In this document: positions 14,239-26,396 of the stretch, in pieces
How the letters are laid out: the number at the start of each line of letters is the position of its first letter
Position numbering within the stretch: position 1 is the stretch's first letter
Source of the DNA: Octopus vulgaris
Taxonomy: Eukaryota
Direction: 5' to 3'
DNA: 64,000 nucleotides
Assembly (NCBI GenBank): GCA_951406725.2
Contig: OX597823.1
Coordinates: 93,558,001 to 93,622,000, forward strand
The notes under the pieces: generated by a model
What the model was told of the DNA's origin: nothing
The model's database searches: none
Seen by the model: only the letters and a program-made list of their open reading frames with translations
Translations under genes and position numbers: made by a program

Positions 14239-16698
14239 GTATATACATACATACATACATACATACATACATACATACATACATACATACATACATAAAT
14301 AAATACATATATACATACGTTTGCTTTTGTTTGTATTTGTCCGACCCTCACTGCCACTTGGCAGCCGCTGTTAGTGTTTTTACGTCCCTGTCCAACAAAA
14401 ACGACTGATACAATAAATGCCGAGCTTAAAATTCACTGCGGTCGATTCAATCGAGAAAAATTCTCCAAGTTGGTGCCCCAGGAAGGCCGCGGTCTAGTGA
14501 CTCAATCAAGTACAAGACTAAAGATATTTTTTCTGGGCCGATAAAATAGTACCAGTTGAGCATTGTGATCGATCTAATCGACTAGTCCTCTCACTGGAAA
14601 TCTGCTGGCCTTGTGCTAAAATTTGAACCTATATAAATAGCCCAAGGAGCAATCTAATAGCTGATGTCATACATATGGTTTGGCATCAACTATTAGCTGG
14701 TGATGAGGAAGGGAAAGTGAAAAAAAATTGTAAAAGGTTGGAAAAAATAGTTTTCACATGTTTCTGAAATAAACTTGATTAGTAAAGATTGGATGAAATT
14801 GGGTCATGAGGAATGTCAATACATGTGGAACTCGGTTTTTCACCGGATCTGAAGTCTGCGATATTTTTTAATGTGCACGACTGCCTGCTGGTATCACAAC
14901 AGGTAAATGTTTGGGCGATAGAAGAATGTATTGCAATATGCGAATATTAAAAAAAAATCTTTTTAAATAAATTAACTGTTACAGGTACTTCAGCGTTGCC
15001 AAAAATAACTTTGTCAGAAGCTAAGCGTGATCTACGATGAAAAATCTAGAGCAACATGTTTTATGCCGACAGGAGTTCGACGATGTGATTCAGATATATG
15101 ACAGGAGATGCGGAGATTATGTCAGCTTACATGCCAAATCGGATCAATACAAGATTATTGAGATATTAAGACTTCTCTAAACAAAGATTATATAGGCACT
15201 GCTATATAATATACTAAGTATGCGATGGTAAAATGAATGCCGATAACATGATATAATGTAGAGTAGGGCATTTCGGCTTTCTTGGACTTTCTTGAGGAAA
15301 GCTTTCATAGCCACGTACCAAGACATGATTAAGAGAGCATTGATTAATACATTCGTTTGCGTTCCACATATCTGCCTGGATGAATAACAGTCCGAGTTAC
15401 GCAAATGGAACAGCATTAAATCAAAACAGCCTTCTATATATCATTCGTAATGTATTTAAATCGTTGACAAGCAAACTAATGCAAATTGGTCCGAAATAAA
15501 ATATTTCCCGTAGACTAACAGTGTTTATATTTGGAAGCACAGTATATAAATATATAGATGAAATATGAAAACCTGTCTTCCAAACGACTGATGAGAATGC
15601 CTGATGCATTTTGGTCTCGAGGTTAACATTTGGCTATATCTGGAGCAAAAGGAATCTATAATTAGACACGGGTCCCTATTTCTTTTTATCTTTCTTATTC
15701 CAGCTTAGTTAACTTTTAATCCTCAGTGCTACCCCCTACAAAACCTACCTTCACTTTCATGCAATTAACGTGTCTGAAATACATTTACCTCTGTTTTCTC
15801 GCACCAAATGTTATTATTTATTACATTCTTCTGTTTTTCTACTCTGTATACATCAATTCACTATCCTATACTGTGTGTAAAAATATCTTCATATATCTAG
15901 CCTATACTAATATAACACTTGTTAGAGTAACTTTGTCATATTTGATGAATGGTACGGTAATTTAAAAGTACTGCTGAAACTAAGTTAAATTTTTAGTAGC
16001 TTCTACAAATATGAATTTTCATTTGTACAATGTACATCATTGGCATCGAGACGGTTTCTGCTGAGAACATAATATATATAAAAGTGGTCGCTTGCTTTGT
16101 TAATGGAGTCAGAGTTGAACTTACCAGTAGAAGACGTATGGAGTTTCCTTAAGAAAACTTTCTACTTTCGGAACCAACAATGATATTTGTTATATTCGTT
16201 TTTGTTTTATATTGCAATGTTATTGTTGTTTTAAATTTTGACATTGATAAAATACCTTAGTGTTCCGACGTATCTGATTATATATATATATATATACACA
16301 TAGCCTCTACAATTTACAGAGCTGTGCTAGCTGCTACGTTTTCTCACTAAACACGCTATGCTGTAGTTATATTTATGTTTTAGTCTGTAAGAACATTTCA
16401 GTAACTGCCCGAGTCGCAGCCTGTCTTGCTATAATGGTAAGATATTAATATTTGCTGCAAGATATTGATGTAAGGAAGTTTATATACCTTTTCGCTTTTA
16501 CCTTTCCCTTGTTTCAGTCATTCGACAGCGACCGCGCCGGGGCCCCAAATTGAGGAACTTTTAGTAGAACGAATAGACGACAGTCGTTATTATTTTTCTT
16601 TATGCCTGCTACATTTTCTATCGGCTGCTTTTTGCCGAAACTCTACACCACTGGGACGTAAACACAACAACACTAGTGAGCAAGCGATGTCAGAAGAA

Positions 16699-16735
<37 letters not shown>

Positions 16736-16860
16736 ATATATATGTGTATGTGTATAAATTAAAATAGTACTACAATTCAATAATATTATTTTCCAGCGAA
16801 ATAATGCACCGTATATGTAGAATTATAAATAGGAAATAGTGGTACAACAAGGTTCCAATT

Positions 16861-17279
16861 TTTGCTGGAAATAACAGTCGGTAACTGTAACGACGTTATG
16901 CAAAGTTTCGCTGAATGCATAGAGGAAAATAATATTATTATGATAGTATAATATTTACAATTTTTATATAAAACTTTTTCCTGATCTCGCTTCTGTTATT
17001 GGTTGGGGCTATTGGCCGAGTATACAGGCATTGATGTAGCGGATATTTTTAATTTAGTCTTCCAGTAGACCTCGCCGACAAACAGCAGTCAGTTTTACGA
17101 TAACAAACGTCTTGTAGAAAGTCCGAAGTTTGAGTACTAGGTTGTCCATCTCTCTGGTGTTCATACTTCAGGTAAGATGAAAACCTTTTATGTTCGTCAC
17201 CCGCACACATCTTTGCCTCTTTATATTCAGTGAAGCTTTACATGGCGTAGCACGGTTATCGACTGCTATTTCCAGCAAA
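16861..17279. mobile_element. MITE with ~65-bp diverged TIRs
   Basis: TTTGCTGGAAATAACAGTCGGTAAC...GCTGAATGCATAGAGG (16861-16925) versus CCTCTTTATATTCAGTG...GTTATCGACTGCTATTTCCAGCAAA (17216-17279). Confidence 0.65.
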
Positions 17280-17310
17280 CATACGTATAGGTACATGCGT
17301 ACATCTATAC

Positions 17311-17442
<132 letters not shown>

Positions 17443-19292
17443 ATATATGCAAATGTGGGAACAGGACGTCATGAAACGTGTACGACAAGGAATATGAACT
17501 ATTTTTTCAAACAATGAAAGACACAAATGGTAAACAAGATAAACAACATAAAGAACGACCCTTCATCAGTTGTTAACTGTTTTTTTTCTACTCTCGTATT
17601 TCGAGCATTTCACAACGTATGTGTGCATGTATGCATAATGGGCTTCTTTCTGTTTCCATCTACCAAATTCACTCACGCGGGTTTGGTCGACCCAAAGCTA
17701 TAGTAGACGATACTAGTATCCGAACCAGCCCCATGTGGTTGGGAAGAAAACTTCGTACCGCGCAGAAGTTTTTCAATGCAAAGTCTTCGTCCATAAATAA
17801 ATAGAGCAGTCTATAAAGCCTAACGTAGTTGTTGAAATCGTATTTACAGTTACATACGTCTACCTTGCTGTTCAGCTCTTATGCGTTCTCACTCACGGCA
17901 AATTCATATTTCACTTATAGAATGTCTAAAACTGTGAGAAAAAAATATTGTATTCTTGCTTACATTATTACGAAAGTAGAAAGGAGGGATGGCCACCCCT
18001 CAACACAAATTCAGTGTGTTTTACGATGTTTGCTAAGGTCACACATAGTAGAAGGATTCCATCGTAACTTAACTGATGCTACTCATTTCTCTAATATTCA
18101 CACGTTCCCATCGTGTGTTTTTCATTTGTTTCAGTCACTGTACTGCGACCCGGTGGAGACATCGTTTTGATGGCTTTACGCGAACAAATAGATCTCAGTC
18201 GTTAATTTTACGTCGGTACGTCATTCTATCCGTCTGTATTGCTGAAACGCTAACTTAAGCTGAAGTAGAAAAAACACCAGTACCAGTTGTCAATCGGTGG
18301 TGGAGACAAACACAAACACAGAGATAACAAATTATTCATACATTCTTAAATTACGTTATTCTGTTAAGACTTAGTTTTCATGAATACTACTATATTAATA
18401 GCTTAGCATTTGCAACTAGTCACTTCAGTAATTACATTTATCTGTTATTTTAATTTGATATATCTGATGTAACGAGTGAAATTAATCCGGGAATACTTGG
18501 AATGCTCCAAACAGAAGTGTATAAGACTACTTCTATGTTAATGGATGTCAAACCGGTGTCATACGATTCATATTTAGTCGAAATGCGAATGATATGAAAT
18601 ACATACAAATACATATTACACATATATATATATATGTAATATATTATATTCAACTACGGTAGTAATTGAATAATATTCTTACGACTGCAATTTACTCACA
18701 CAGCATATTTCCGACGTTGTCGCTCATTCAGTTCTGAACCAAATTGATAACTGTTAATATTTTAAAAGAGAACTGGTCCCTAGCTACATTTTGTAATAAC
18801 AAAATTCAGATTCGGTGCAGTAGAAAAAGTTTACATTAACAATTGTAGTGACGTTATAGGAGAGTAAGTAAGGCTACCAATCAAGTTTAGATCTAAATAA
18901 CTATTTTATTTTGAAAGCAAAATGTATTTATCTTAGCTTCTATAATAGAAGAAAACGTTAAGAATTTCATAGCTTTGGTTCCATGCAACAAAATTGGTAA
19001 AATATCATGAAGAAAATATAAGGCAAAAACTTGGTGTAATAACTTGTCCTGTACATTTACAGATTTATAATCTTAAGAATATTATTATATATACACACAC
19101 ACACACACATATATATATACATATAATACAATATAATATATGTATATATATATATATATATGCTTATATATATACAAATATATACATAAGTGTATACATA
19201 TATATGTATATATTTGTGTATGTACACATTTACACGCACACATATATGTGTGTGTATGTATACATACATACACAAACACACACACACACACG

Positions 19293-19324
<32 letters not shown>

Positions 19325-19609
19325 GTATTAATAAGATAGGAGACGGAATGTGTATTCTACTTTTATATATTATGTACAACACATGCTTCGACTTGTCGTT
19401 GTCGGTCTCTTAGGGTAGAACTGGAGTAAGTGTACGGGTAACAGGTAACATAAACTGTGCCTGTGATTTAATCATCATCTATTTATATATTTTCTTTAAT
19501 TTTTCCATTATATATATTATGTGATATCATCAACATAGCGACATACCATATCATCAACATACACACAGATAACCATAGTCACAAGGACACGAATAAACGT
19601 TGTGTCATA

Positions 19610-20000
19610 GGGGTATAGGGATACCACATCCATGCTACGCACCATAGATCCTGTCAGGTCACATGTGTTGTTACAGTCACTGATCCTGCTGAGGAGATCT
19701 TCTGTGCAGTCGCAGACATCAGGTAACATCCGGAATATAGGGCGTATGATCATTGAGAGGAAGTAGGAGATTCTGTAATTGCTAGCGATATTGGCTCCAC
19801 AGACTGGTCTTGTTGGTGGTCCTGCTATAGAGTCAGTGGTTACTTTATGGTCCTTGCGAAGTTCATACAGTGCCGGGATATCGTTGTTCCAGGCTTGGAA
19901 ATTGTTTGCTGTGAGTTTCTGGGGTCCCAGAACAATTGTCCACATCATCATGTGGGCGTTGAGGACGTTTTCTCTCTCCTCATGCGCCCATAGATACTTG
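19610..20000 (-). pseudogene. PLE reverse transcriptase N-terminal fragment
   Basis: IPALYELRKDHK...PPTRPVCGA...RISYFLSMIIRP...CTEDLL...SMDVVSLYP matches the PLE RT motifs (P.LY.L.K.HK, RPV, S.DV.SLYP). It breaks off right after SLYP. Confidence 0.85.
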
Positions 20001-20393
20001 CAAGATCTATGGGCTCTTTTGCAAATCGTTGGCGGGAGTTAAATGTCACATTCGACAGACATAAGCATTATGAGTGACAAAGAAAGAGTAGATAGTCGGA
20101 TCCTCATACGTCGAAACCAACGAGAAAGTAAATCAAATGTATATATATACATTTATAAAATTTAATGTACGCAACTTCAAATTAGCTAACGATAGTTTCA
20201 TGCTTTAACATACATTAAATTGGTAAATGTATATAAAATGCTGTGTATTTCTAACCACTCTTTGAGACTCGGTTCATAACGTCAGATGTATTAAGAACCA
20301 GGACGCTGGTCTATGAGCAAACATGAATAAAAAAGAATGGAGAAAATAAAAAAGAAAATTCGCGAAGGCCAGAGAGACCATGTATGTTTGTGC

Positions 20394-20433
<40 letters not shown>

Positions 20434-20546
20434 CAATGAAAGTCTATATTAAAATTTTGCTAATAGTTATTTCGTTCCAATACCCAGCAACAGGCCGGTG
20501 CCTCACCGTATAAGTCCTTGATTGTTACATATTTATATTAATACGT

Positions 20547-20922
20547 GGAAGTGCAATAGTCCAGTGGTCAGGGTATCGGACTCGCGGTCGTAGGATCGCA
20601 GTTTCAATTCCCAGATCGGGCGTTGTGAGTGTTTATTGAGCGAAAACACCCGAAGCTCCACGACCTCCGCATGGGGGGGGGGGGCGAACCCTGCTGTACA
20701 CTTTCACCACGACTTTCACTCTTTCTTCCTGTTTCTGTTGTACCTGTATTTCAAAGGGGCCAGCCTTGCCACACTTTGTGTCACGCCGAATCTCCCCGAG
20801 AAGTATACTAAAGATACACGTGTCTGTGGAGTGCTCAGCCACTTGCACGTTAATATCACGAACTGGATGTTCTGTTGATCGTATAAACTGGAACCCTCGT
20901 CGTCGCAAGCGACGGAGTGCCA
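20547..20922 (+). mobile_element. SINE family B (full length)
   Basis: Collinear with 59888-60271. Confidence 0.88.
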
Positions 20923-21399
20923 CAAAAGTATTAATCCGCTAGTATAGTATACTATAATTAAGCAAAAATAGTTTGATACAAATATTCCAAAGCGTAGGGA
21001 AAATATTTTAATTAAGAGAATAAATCATTATTTATTCATTAAATTGTTTTATATTTCATCATTGAAAAATTAAAAGAAACAAAAGAACAAACACCAAAAA
21101 CAGTTAAAATTGCATAGAAACAGTCACAAGAAGTAAGTCCTAAATAATGTTTCAAGCAAGTGTTCGGCTGCGGTCTTTGTATGTAGATTAGCTTTTGTGG
21201 CTGTTAATTGTTATAAACCTGTTAGGCTTAGGATGTGAAAGAAGAAATGCCTAATACAAGCAAACACGCCGAACACTCACGCAATGCACACGCATATGCA
21301 GAACGCATGTGTTATGAGCGGGGAGGTAACATTGTATGCTTGGAAGTATCCGTGCATAATTGAGTGTATAAGGTAAGCATCAACGTATGATGTGTATGC

Positions 21400-21440
<41 letters not shown>

Positions 21441-21488
21441 AATATTTGTTGTGCAAGATTTTTTATGTGAAGTCGTGTGTTGAAACAG

Positions 21489-21983
21489 ATATTGTTATAT
21501 TTCGGAATGGTCATATTGCCAGTTTAGCCAATAAAAACACACGCACTATATATTTGGTGTTATTTTGCTTCAGTGATATTTATTTTTTACATTAATCTTA
21601 ATCTTATTTCGGCCAAAGTTCTTTCGTCACACTCCTGTGACCGCATCAGTGGTCCTTTGTTTTCTTCTCACTTACTTGTGTCTCTCCTTACTAACCGTCA
21701 GCCATTTTGTATTTCTATTGTATGTCTTCATTTGCGCATGCTTATATCTCTATGTGCGTCTATGTTTATTTAGTGTGTGTGGGGGGGATGCCTGTAATAT
21801 TTGTATCTTCTGGTTATATACATTCTTGTAATTTGTATTTTGTTTTTGTTGTTGTTGCTTTTGTTCTAATTTTGTTCATGTGTTTACATCCACCCATTAT
21901 TATCATTACATATGCTTGTATGTATGTATAACAACAATATTAGTAATAATAATAATAAATCTAATCGAAAAAAAAAAAAAAAA
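21489..21983 (-). repeat. PLE 3' pseudo-LTR (left arm of inverted repeat)
   Basis: Reverse complement of 23133-23626. By eye it differs only in the lengths of a (GT)n run and the A-run. Confidence 0.92.
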
Positions 21984-22163
21984 AGAATATACATATACAT
22001 ATATATACATACATATACATATACATATATATATATATACATATATACACACATATATACACATATACATATACATATATATACACATATACATATATAT
22101 AGATATTCATTTCTATTTCTTTAATTACCTGTGTATTTATTATGTTTGCAGGATCCACTATTG

Positions 22164-23131
22164 TCATATGTTGTGGTGTGCGCTATTGCTCCATTCTAGT
22201 TTTCTATTCAGGCTAGGTTTATTTTCTATTATATGTGTAGCTTCTGTAATTTGTCTAATTGTTGCATCTGTTCTATGTGTGGACAATATCTTAATCTCTA
22301 TGTTATTGATTGATCCCCCGTGTTCTTGTTCGGCGTGTTGGTACAGAATCGATGAGCTTTTACCTTCCTTGAGTTGTCTCCAATGTTCATTCACCCGCTC
22401 ACCAATGCTTCTTGCAGTTTCCCCTACGTATGTTACTGTCTTGTTACTGCATCGTCCCTCTATACATCTTATACTATAGACCACATTTCTGGCTTTACAG
22501 TTCGTTTGTGGGCTAAATCTACATACAGTGCAATAGTTATCCGTACAGAGAGTTCTACTAAAAGGATAGGTTCTACCAATTATAGATCTGATAGGGTTGC
22601 CTGGCTTTTCAACAACCTTAATTCTTAGTTTAAGTTTATCTAGGGTCCTTCTAAAGCGGTACGCTAGTTCACCTCCAGGGGTGGTGTCAACGAACATGAC
22701 ACTCTGGTATTTATGGCTATCATACCAAGAGTTGGCCTTCCTTATTTTCTTTTTTGTCCTTTCTATAGTGTTCCATGACTTGTTCCTATAGAGTGGGCAA
22801 ATCCCATTCCTATCATTACATAATATATTATCAAATTTCTTCATGGCTCCTTTGTATACTCTGATCCTTTCTTTATGGCTGTAACCTGAGAACTGCATGC
22901 GGTGAATGAAATACTGTATGTGTCTCTTTAATTCTGTAGGCTCGCACATGCGTGACACATTTCTCATTATTCTGACGAGGTCTGCCATCAAAATATTGAA
23001 TTTGGCATTGCCCGCAATGGCTGAGTTCCGGTGGATCAGGTATTTTGAGGCCATAGGTTTTGCATAGTATGAATGAAGGATTTGGGTTTTATTTTTCACA
23101 ATTTCTAGCCAGAGTTCAGTGTCTAGTACAC
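22164..23131 (-). CDS. Truncated PLE polyprotein: RT C-terminal/thumb region, Cys-rich linker and GIY-YIG endonuclease
   Basis: VLDTELW..HSYYAKPMASKYLIHRNSA (PLE RT C-terminus); CTDNYCTVC...CKARNVVYSIRC...YVGETARSIGERVNEH...LYQHAEQEH...RQITEATHI...PSLN (GIY-YIG). No internal stops. The N-terminal 23 aa of the listed 345-aa ORF come from the inverted repeat and are not real. Confidence 0.9.
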
Positions 23132-23132
23132 A

Positions 23133-23618
23133 TTTTTTTTTTTTTCGATTAGATTTATTATTATTATTACTAATATTGTTGTTATACATACATACAAGCA
23201 TATGTAATGATAATAATGGGTGGATGTAAACACATGAACAAAATTAGAACAAAAGCAACAACAACAAAAACAAAATACAAATTACAAGAATGTATATAAC
23301 CAGAAGATACAAATATTACAGGCATCCCCCCCACACACACACTAAATAAACATAGACGCACATAGAGATATAAGCATGCGCAAATGAAGACATACAATAG
23401 AAATACAAAATGGCTGACGGTTAGTAAGGAGAGACACAAGTAAGTGAGAAGAAAACAAAGGACCACTGATGCGGTCACAGGAGTGTGACGAAAGAACTTT
23501 GGCCGAAATAAGATTAAGATTAATGTAAAAAATAAATATCACTGAAGCAAAATAACACCAAATATATAGTGCGTGTGTTTTTATTGGCTAAACTGGCAAT
23601 ATGACCATTCCGAAATAT

Positions 23619-23626
<8 letters not shown>
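23133..23626 (+). repeat. PLE inverted pseudo-LTR (right arm of inverted repeat)
   Basis: Reverse complement of 21489-21983. Joined to the truncated ORF at a poly-T run. Confidence 0.92.
23460..23504 (+). ncRNA. Minimal type I hammerhead-like motif with variant core (second copy at 21611-21655, minus strand)
   Basis: GGACCA-CTGATGCG-GTCACA(GGAG)TGTGAC-GAAAG-AA-CTT-TGGCC. Perfect 6-bp stem II followed by GAAA. The core reads CUGAUGC rather than CUGAUGA, and stem III is tiny. Confidence 0.5.
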
Positions 23627-23705
<79 letters not shown>

Positions 23706-23708
<3 letters not shown>

Positions 23709-24035
23709 GAAGTTGCCTGTGTATGGCGGGATTGGTAGCCTTCAACTACCACTATTCCCTCGGAGATCCTGCGGCGCAAGTTGACCAACGTTGAGAGTAT
23801 GATAGAAGAAGGCTTGCTCTTCCTTCCGTAGGAGAAAAAATTCAAATCGAAACATGTTAACACCAATAATTATTTACATCAAACAGGTGCTTTTTTTTCT
23901 ATGAAAAGCCCTATTTTTTTACGATTTTTTTTACTGCTGCGTCGCTATTTTTCGGTATATTTCAAGCAGAAAAATGTTCACTTAAAGAAAATAAGAAGCT
24001 ACATAATGCAAAAGTTTTGCTTTTCAAAAATTCAC
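23706..24035 (+). mobile_element. Helitron family copy, both ends lost
   Basis: Highly similar to 37837-38085 (CTGAAGTTG.CTGTGTATGGC...GCGGCGCAAGTTGACCAA...GCTACATAATGCAAAA). Lacks the hairpin/CTAG end. Confidence 0.75.
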
Positions 24036-24727
24036 CTACAGTACTAATGCCTCGAATAGGATCTGGGTCATCTTAGATAGATAAAGATTTCACTTATATT
24101 TGCTCATTTCCGAATGTGTGGCCACTTATTCAAAAGTTCCAAGGTATTTTGTTGCACCTCTTCGGCCAGGACCCTGGTGTCCGCTGCAAGCTTATTATTG
24201 TTTTCTCATTTCTAACATACTGGGCTATCTTCTTTCTGCCACCGAGTTTATTATTCTAACTTACATTATCATTTACCAGGCCTGTGGTTAATGCCTACTT
24301 AATGTAATTTAGAGAATTAACATAATTATTCGATGCTTCTTTTTTTATTTCCATTGTCTATCTGAATGTTTGTCACATTCCTGGTTCCTTTAACTTTGGA
24401 AGTTTTGGAAATATCGTTGCTGTCAGATTCAATTGTCCTTTGATTTCTTCGTAATTCATTTCTCTGCTCATATGTGAATATCTAGATAGCTTCATATTCC
24501 TTATTTGCAAGCGGAATATAAAGTGCTTGATACGCCTTCCTTATTCATGAGGTTGGCATAGTCGTGACACATTCTTTATGGTTATTATGATGTCTGCTAT
24601 AAACATATTCACTTTGGCAGATTCCGACACATTCTTCTCCGGGCATTGGCGATTTCACCATGCATACAAACATACATACATATAAACACTCGCACAAGCA
24701 CATACACATACCTGTATATACATACAT

Positions 24728-24802
<75 letters not shown>

Positions 24803-24804
<2 letters not shown>

Positions 24805-25209
24805 CGCAGGAGTGGCTGTGTGGTAAGTAGCTTGCTAACCAACCACATGGTTCCGGGTTCAGTCCCACTGCGTGGCATCTTGGGCAAGTGTTTTCTGCTA
24901 TAGCCCCGGGCCGACCAATGCCTTGTGAGTGGATTTGGTAGATGGAAACTGAAAGAAGCCTGTCGTATATATGTATATATATATATGTATTTGTATGTGT
25001 GTGTGTTTGTCCCCCTAGCATTGCTTGACAACCGATGCTGGCGTGTTTACGTCCCCGTCACTTAGCGGTTCGGCAAAAGAGACCGATAGAATAAGTACTG
25101 GGCTTACAAAGAATAAGTCCCGGGGTTGATTTGCTCGACTAAAGGCGGTGCTCCAGCATGGCCGCAGTCGGATGACTGAAACAAGTAAAAGAGTAAAAGA
25201 GTAAAAGAG
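24803..25209 (+). mobile_element. tRNA-derived SINE, family A (full length)
   Basis: GGCGCAGGAG head with A-box-like TGGCTGTGTGG and B-box-like GGTTCAGTCC, an internal (TA/TG) tract and a (GTAAAAGA)n tail. Many copies in the window. Confidence 0.9.
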
Positions 25210-25254
25210 TATACTCACGTTTTTACATAGTTGGATGCACACTAGGACCCAATG

Positions 25255-25590
25255 TGTGACGAGATTGCGTGGTAAGAAGTTTGAAACCCAGCCACATGGT
25301 TTCAGTCTCAGTCATACTGTGTGGCACCTTGGGCAACAGTCTTGTATTGCAGCACCAGATTTGAGTGGATCTGGTCGACGGAAACTGAAAGAAGCCCGTC
25401 GTAAGTATATATGTGTGTTTATGTGTGAGTGTGTGTGGGCACAAGTCTGTGTGCGTGCGCGATGCAAAAGGAAGCGGTGGGTTTAGTGAAAGGTTTTAAA
25501 GGTAAGTACTGGAGAATACGCAACCGAAGAAACCTTTCTAAGCGATGCTCCAGTATGGCTGCAGCCCGATGGCTAAAACAAGGAAAACAC
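25255..25590 (+). mobile_element. SINE family A, diverged
   Basis: GTGGTAAGAAG...GTGGCACCTTGGGCAA...GAAACTGAAAGAAGCCCGTCGT...GCTCCAGTATGGCTGCAG. Confidence 0.7.
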
Positions 25591-25730
25591 AAAACATAAA
25601 CGATAGAACATATATAATTCTTCTTCAATGGTAGAACATGTAGTTAATACTATAAAATACATGCATACACATGTATCTGTCTGTCTCTCTGTCTCTCTCT
25701 CTTTCTCTCTCTGTCTCTCTCTCTTTGTCT

Positions 25731-25776
<46 letters not shown>

Positions 25777-26099
25777 GTATCTATGTATGTATGTATGTAT
25801 GTATGTATGTATGTATGTGTGTGACCTAGGGATAAGGATGTTGCTCCTACTATCGCTAGGTCGTGAGTTCGATTCCTAAACCGAGTAGCGCGTTAAGTTC
25901 TTGCGCAAAACACTTCATTTCACACATTCCATTCAACTCAGCTGTAAACGGATGAACTTGCGACGGAATAGCCATCCGATCAGGGAATATTTTGGGCAGC
26001 TTGATCGGCCACCTTGCTGACATCATTCGAAAGTGAGACGATTCAAAAAGCATTGTTACAAGCGATGGAGAACAACATCCGGTAGTCTAGTCGATCCCG

Positions 26100-26178
<79 letters not shown>

Positions 26179-26180
26179 GT

Positions 26181-26377
26181 TGCCTCATTAAGTTGGCCAC
26201 AAGAAATCTCTTTATATATATATATATAGAAAATAGTAAAAAGTAAAAACACTACAGAAGGCCTTCTGTAGTGTTTTCACTTTTACTATTTTCTATATAT
26301 TCAACCACGTGCTTTCATAAACCAACTTTCTTATATATATATATAAAGAGATTTCTTGTGGCCAACTTAATCAGGCA
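26181..26377. repeat. Nested palindrome
   Basis: Inner spacer-less palindrome centred on AAGG|CCTT (26222-26300), inside outer inverted arms TGCCT.ATTAAGTTGGCCACAAGAAATCTCTTTATATA. Confidence 0.88.
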
Positions 26378-26396
26378 GTTCTAGGAGAGTGGAGAA

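Larger units (their letters stand above)
21437..23626 (-). mobile_element. Penelope-like retroelement (PLE), 5'-truncated, with inverted pseudo-LTR; Naiad/Neptune-like protein
   Basis: RT C-terminus plus GIY-YIG ORF on the minus strand. Near-identical ~495-bp inverted repeats at 21489-21983 and 23133-23626. Both ends abut (TA)n tracts. Confidence 0.92.

Noticed and set aside
14640-15640. Higher-complexity stretch, possibly decayed coding sequence, with a CTGATGAGA motif near 15588
   Set aside because: No assignable protein motif, and the hammerhead GAAA half is missing.
17555-17575. CTGATGAAGGG on the minus strand
   Set aside because: No matching stem II/GAAA partner found.
24060-24600. Possible decayed N-terminal region of an RLE retrotransposon (minus strand)
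   Set aside because: Only a faint resemblance, with many stops. Cannot be supported without a translated search.
24803-24875. tRNA gene-like heads (also at 59888 and 20547)
   Set aside because: A/B boxes are present, but they continue into SINE bodies and have no convincing cloverleaf.
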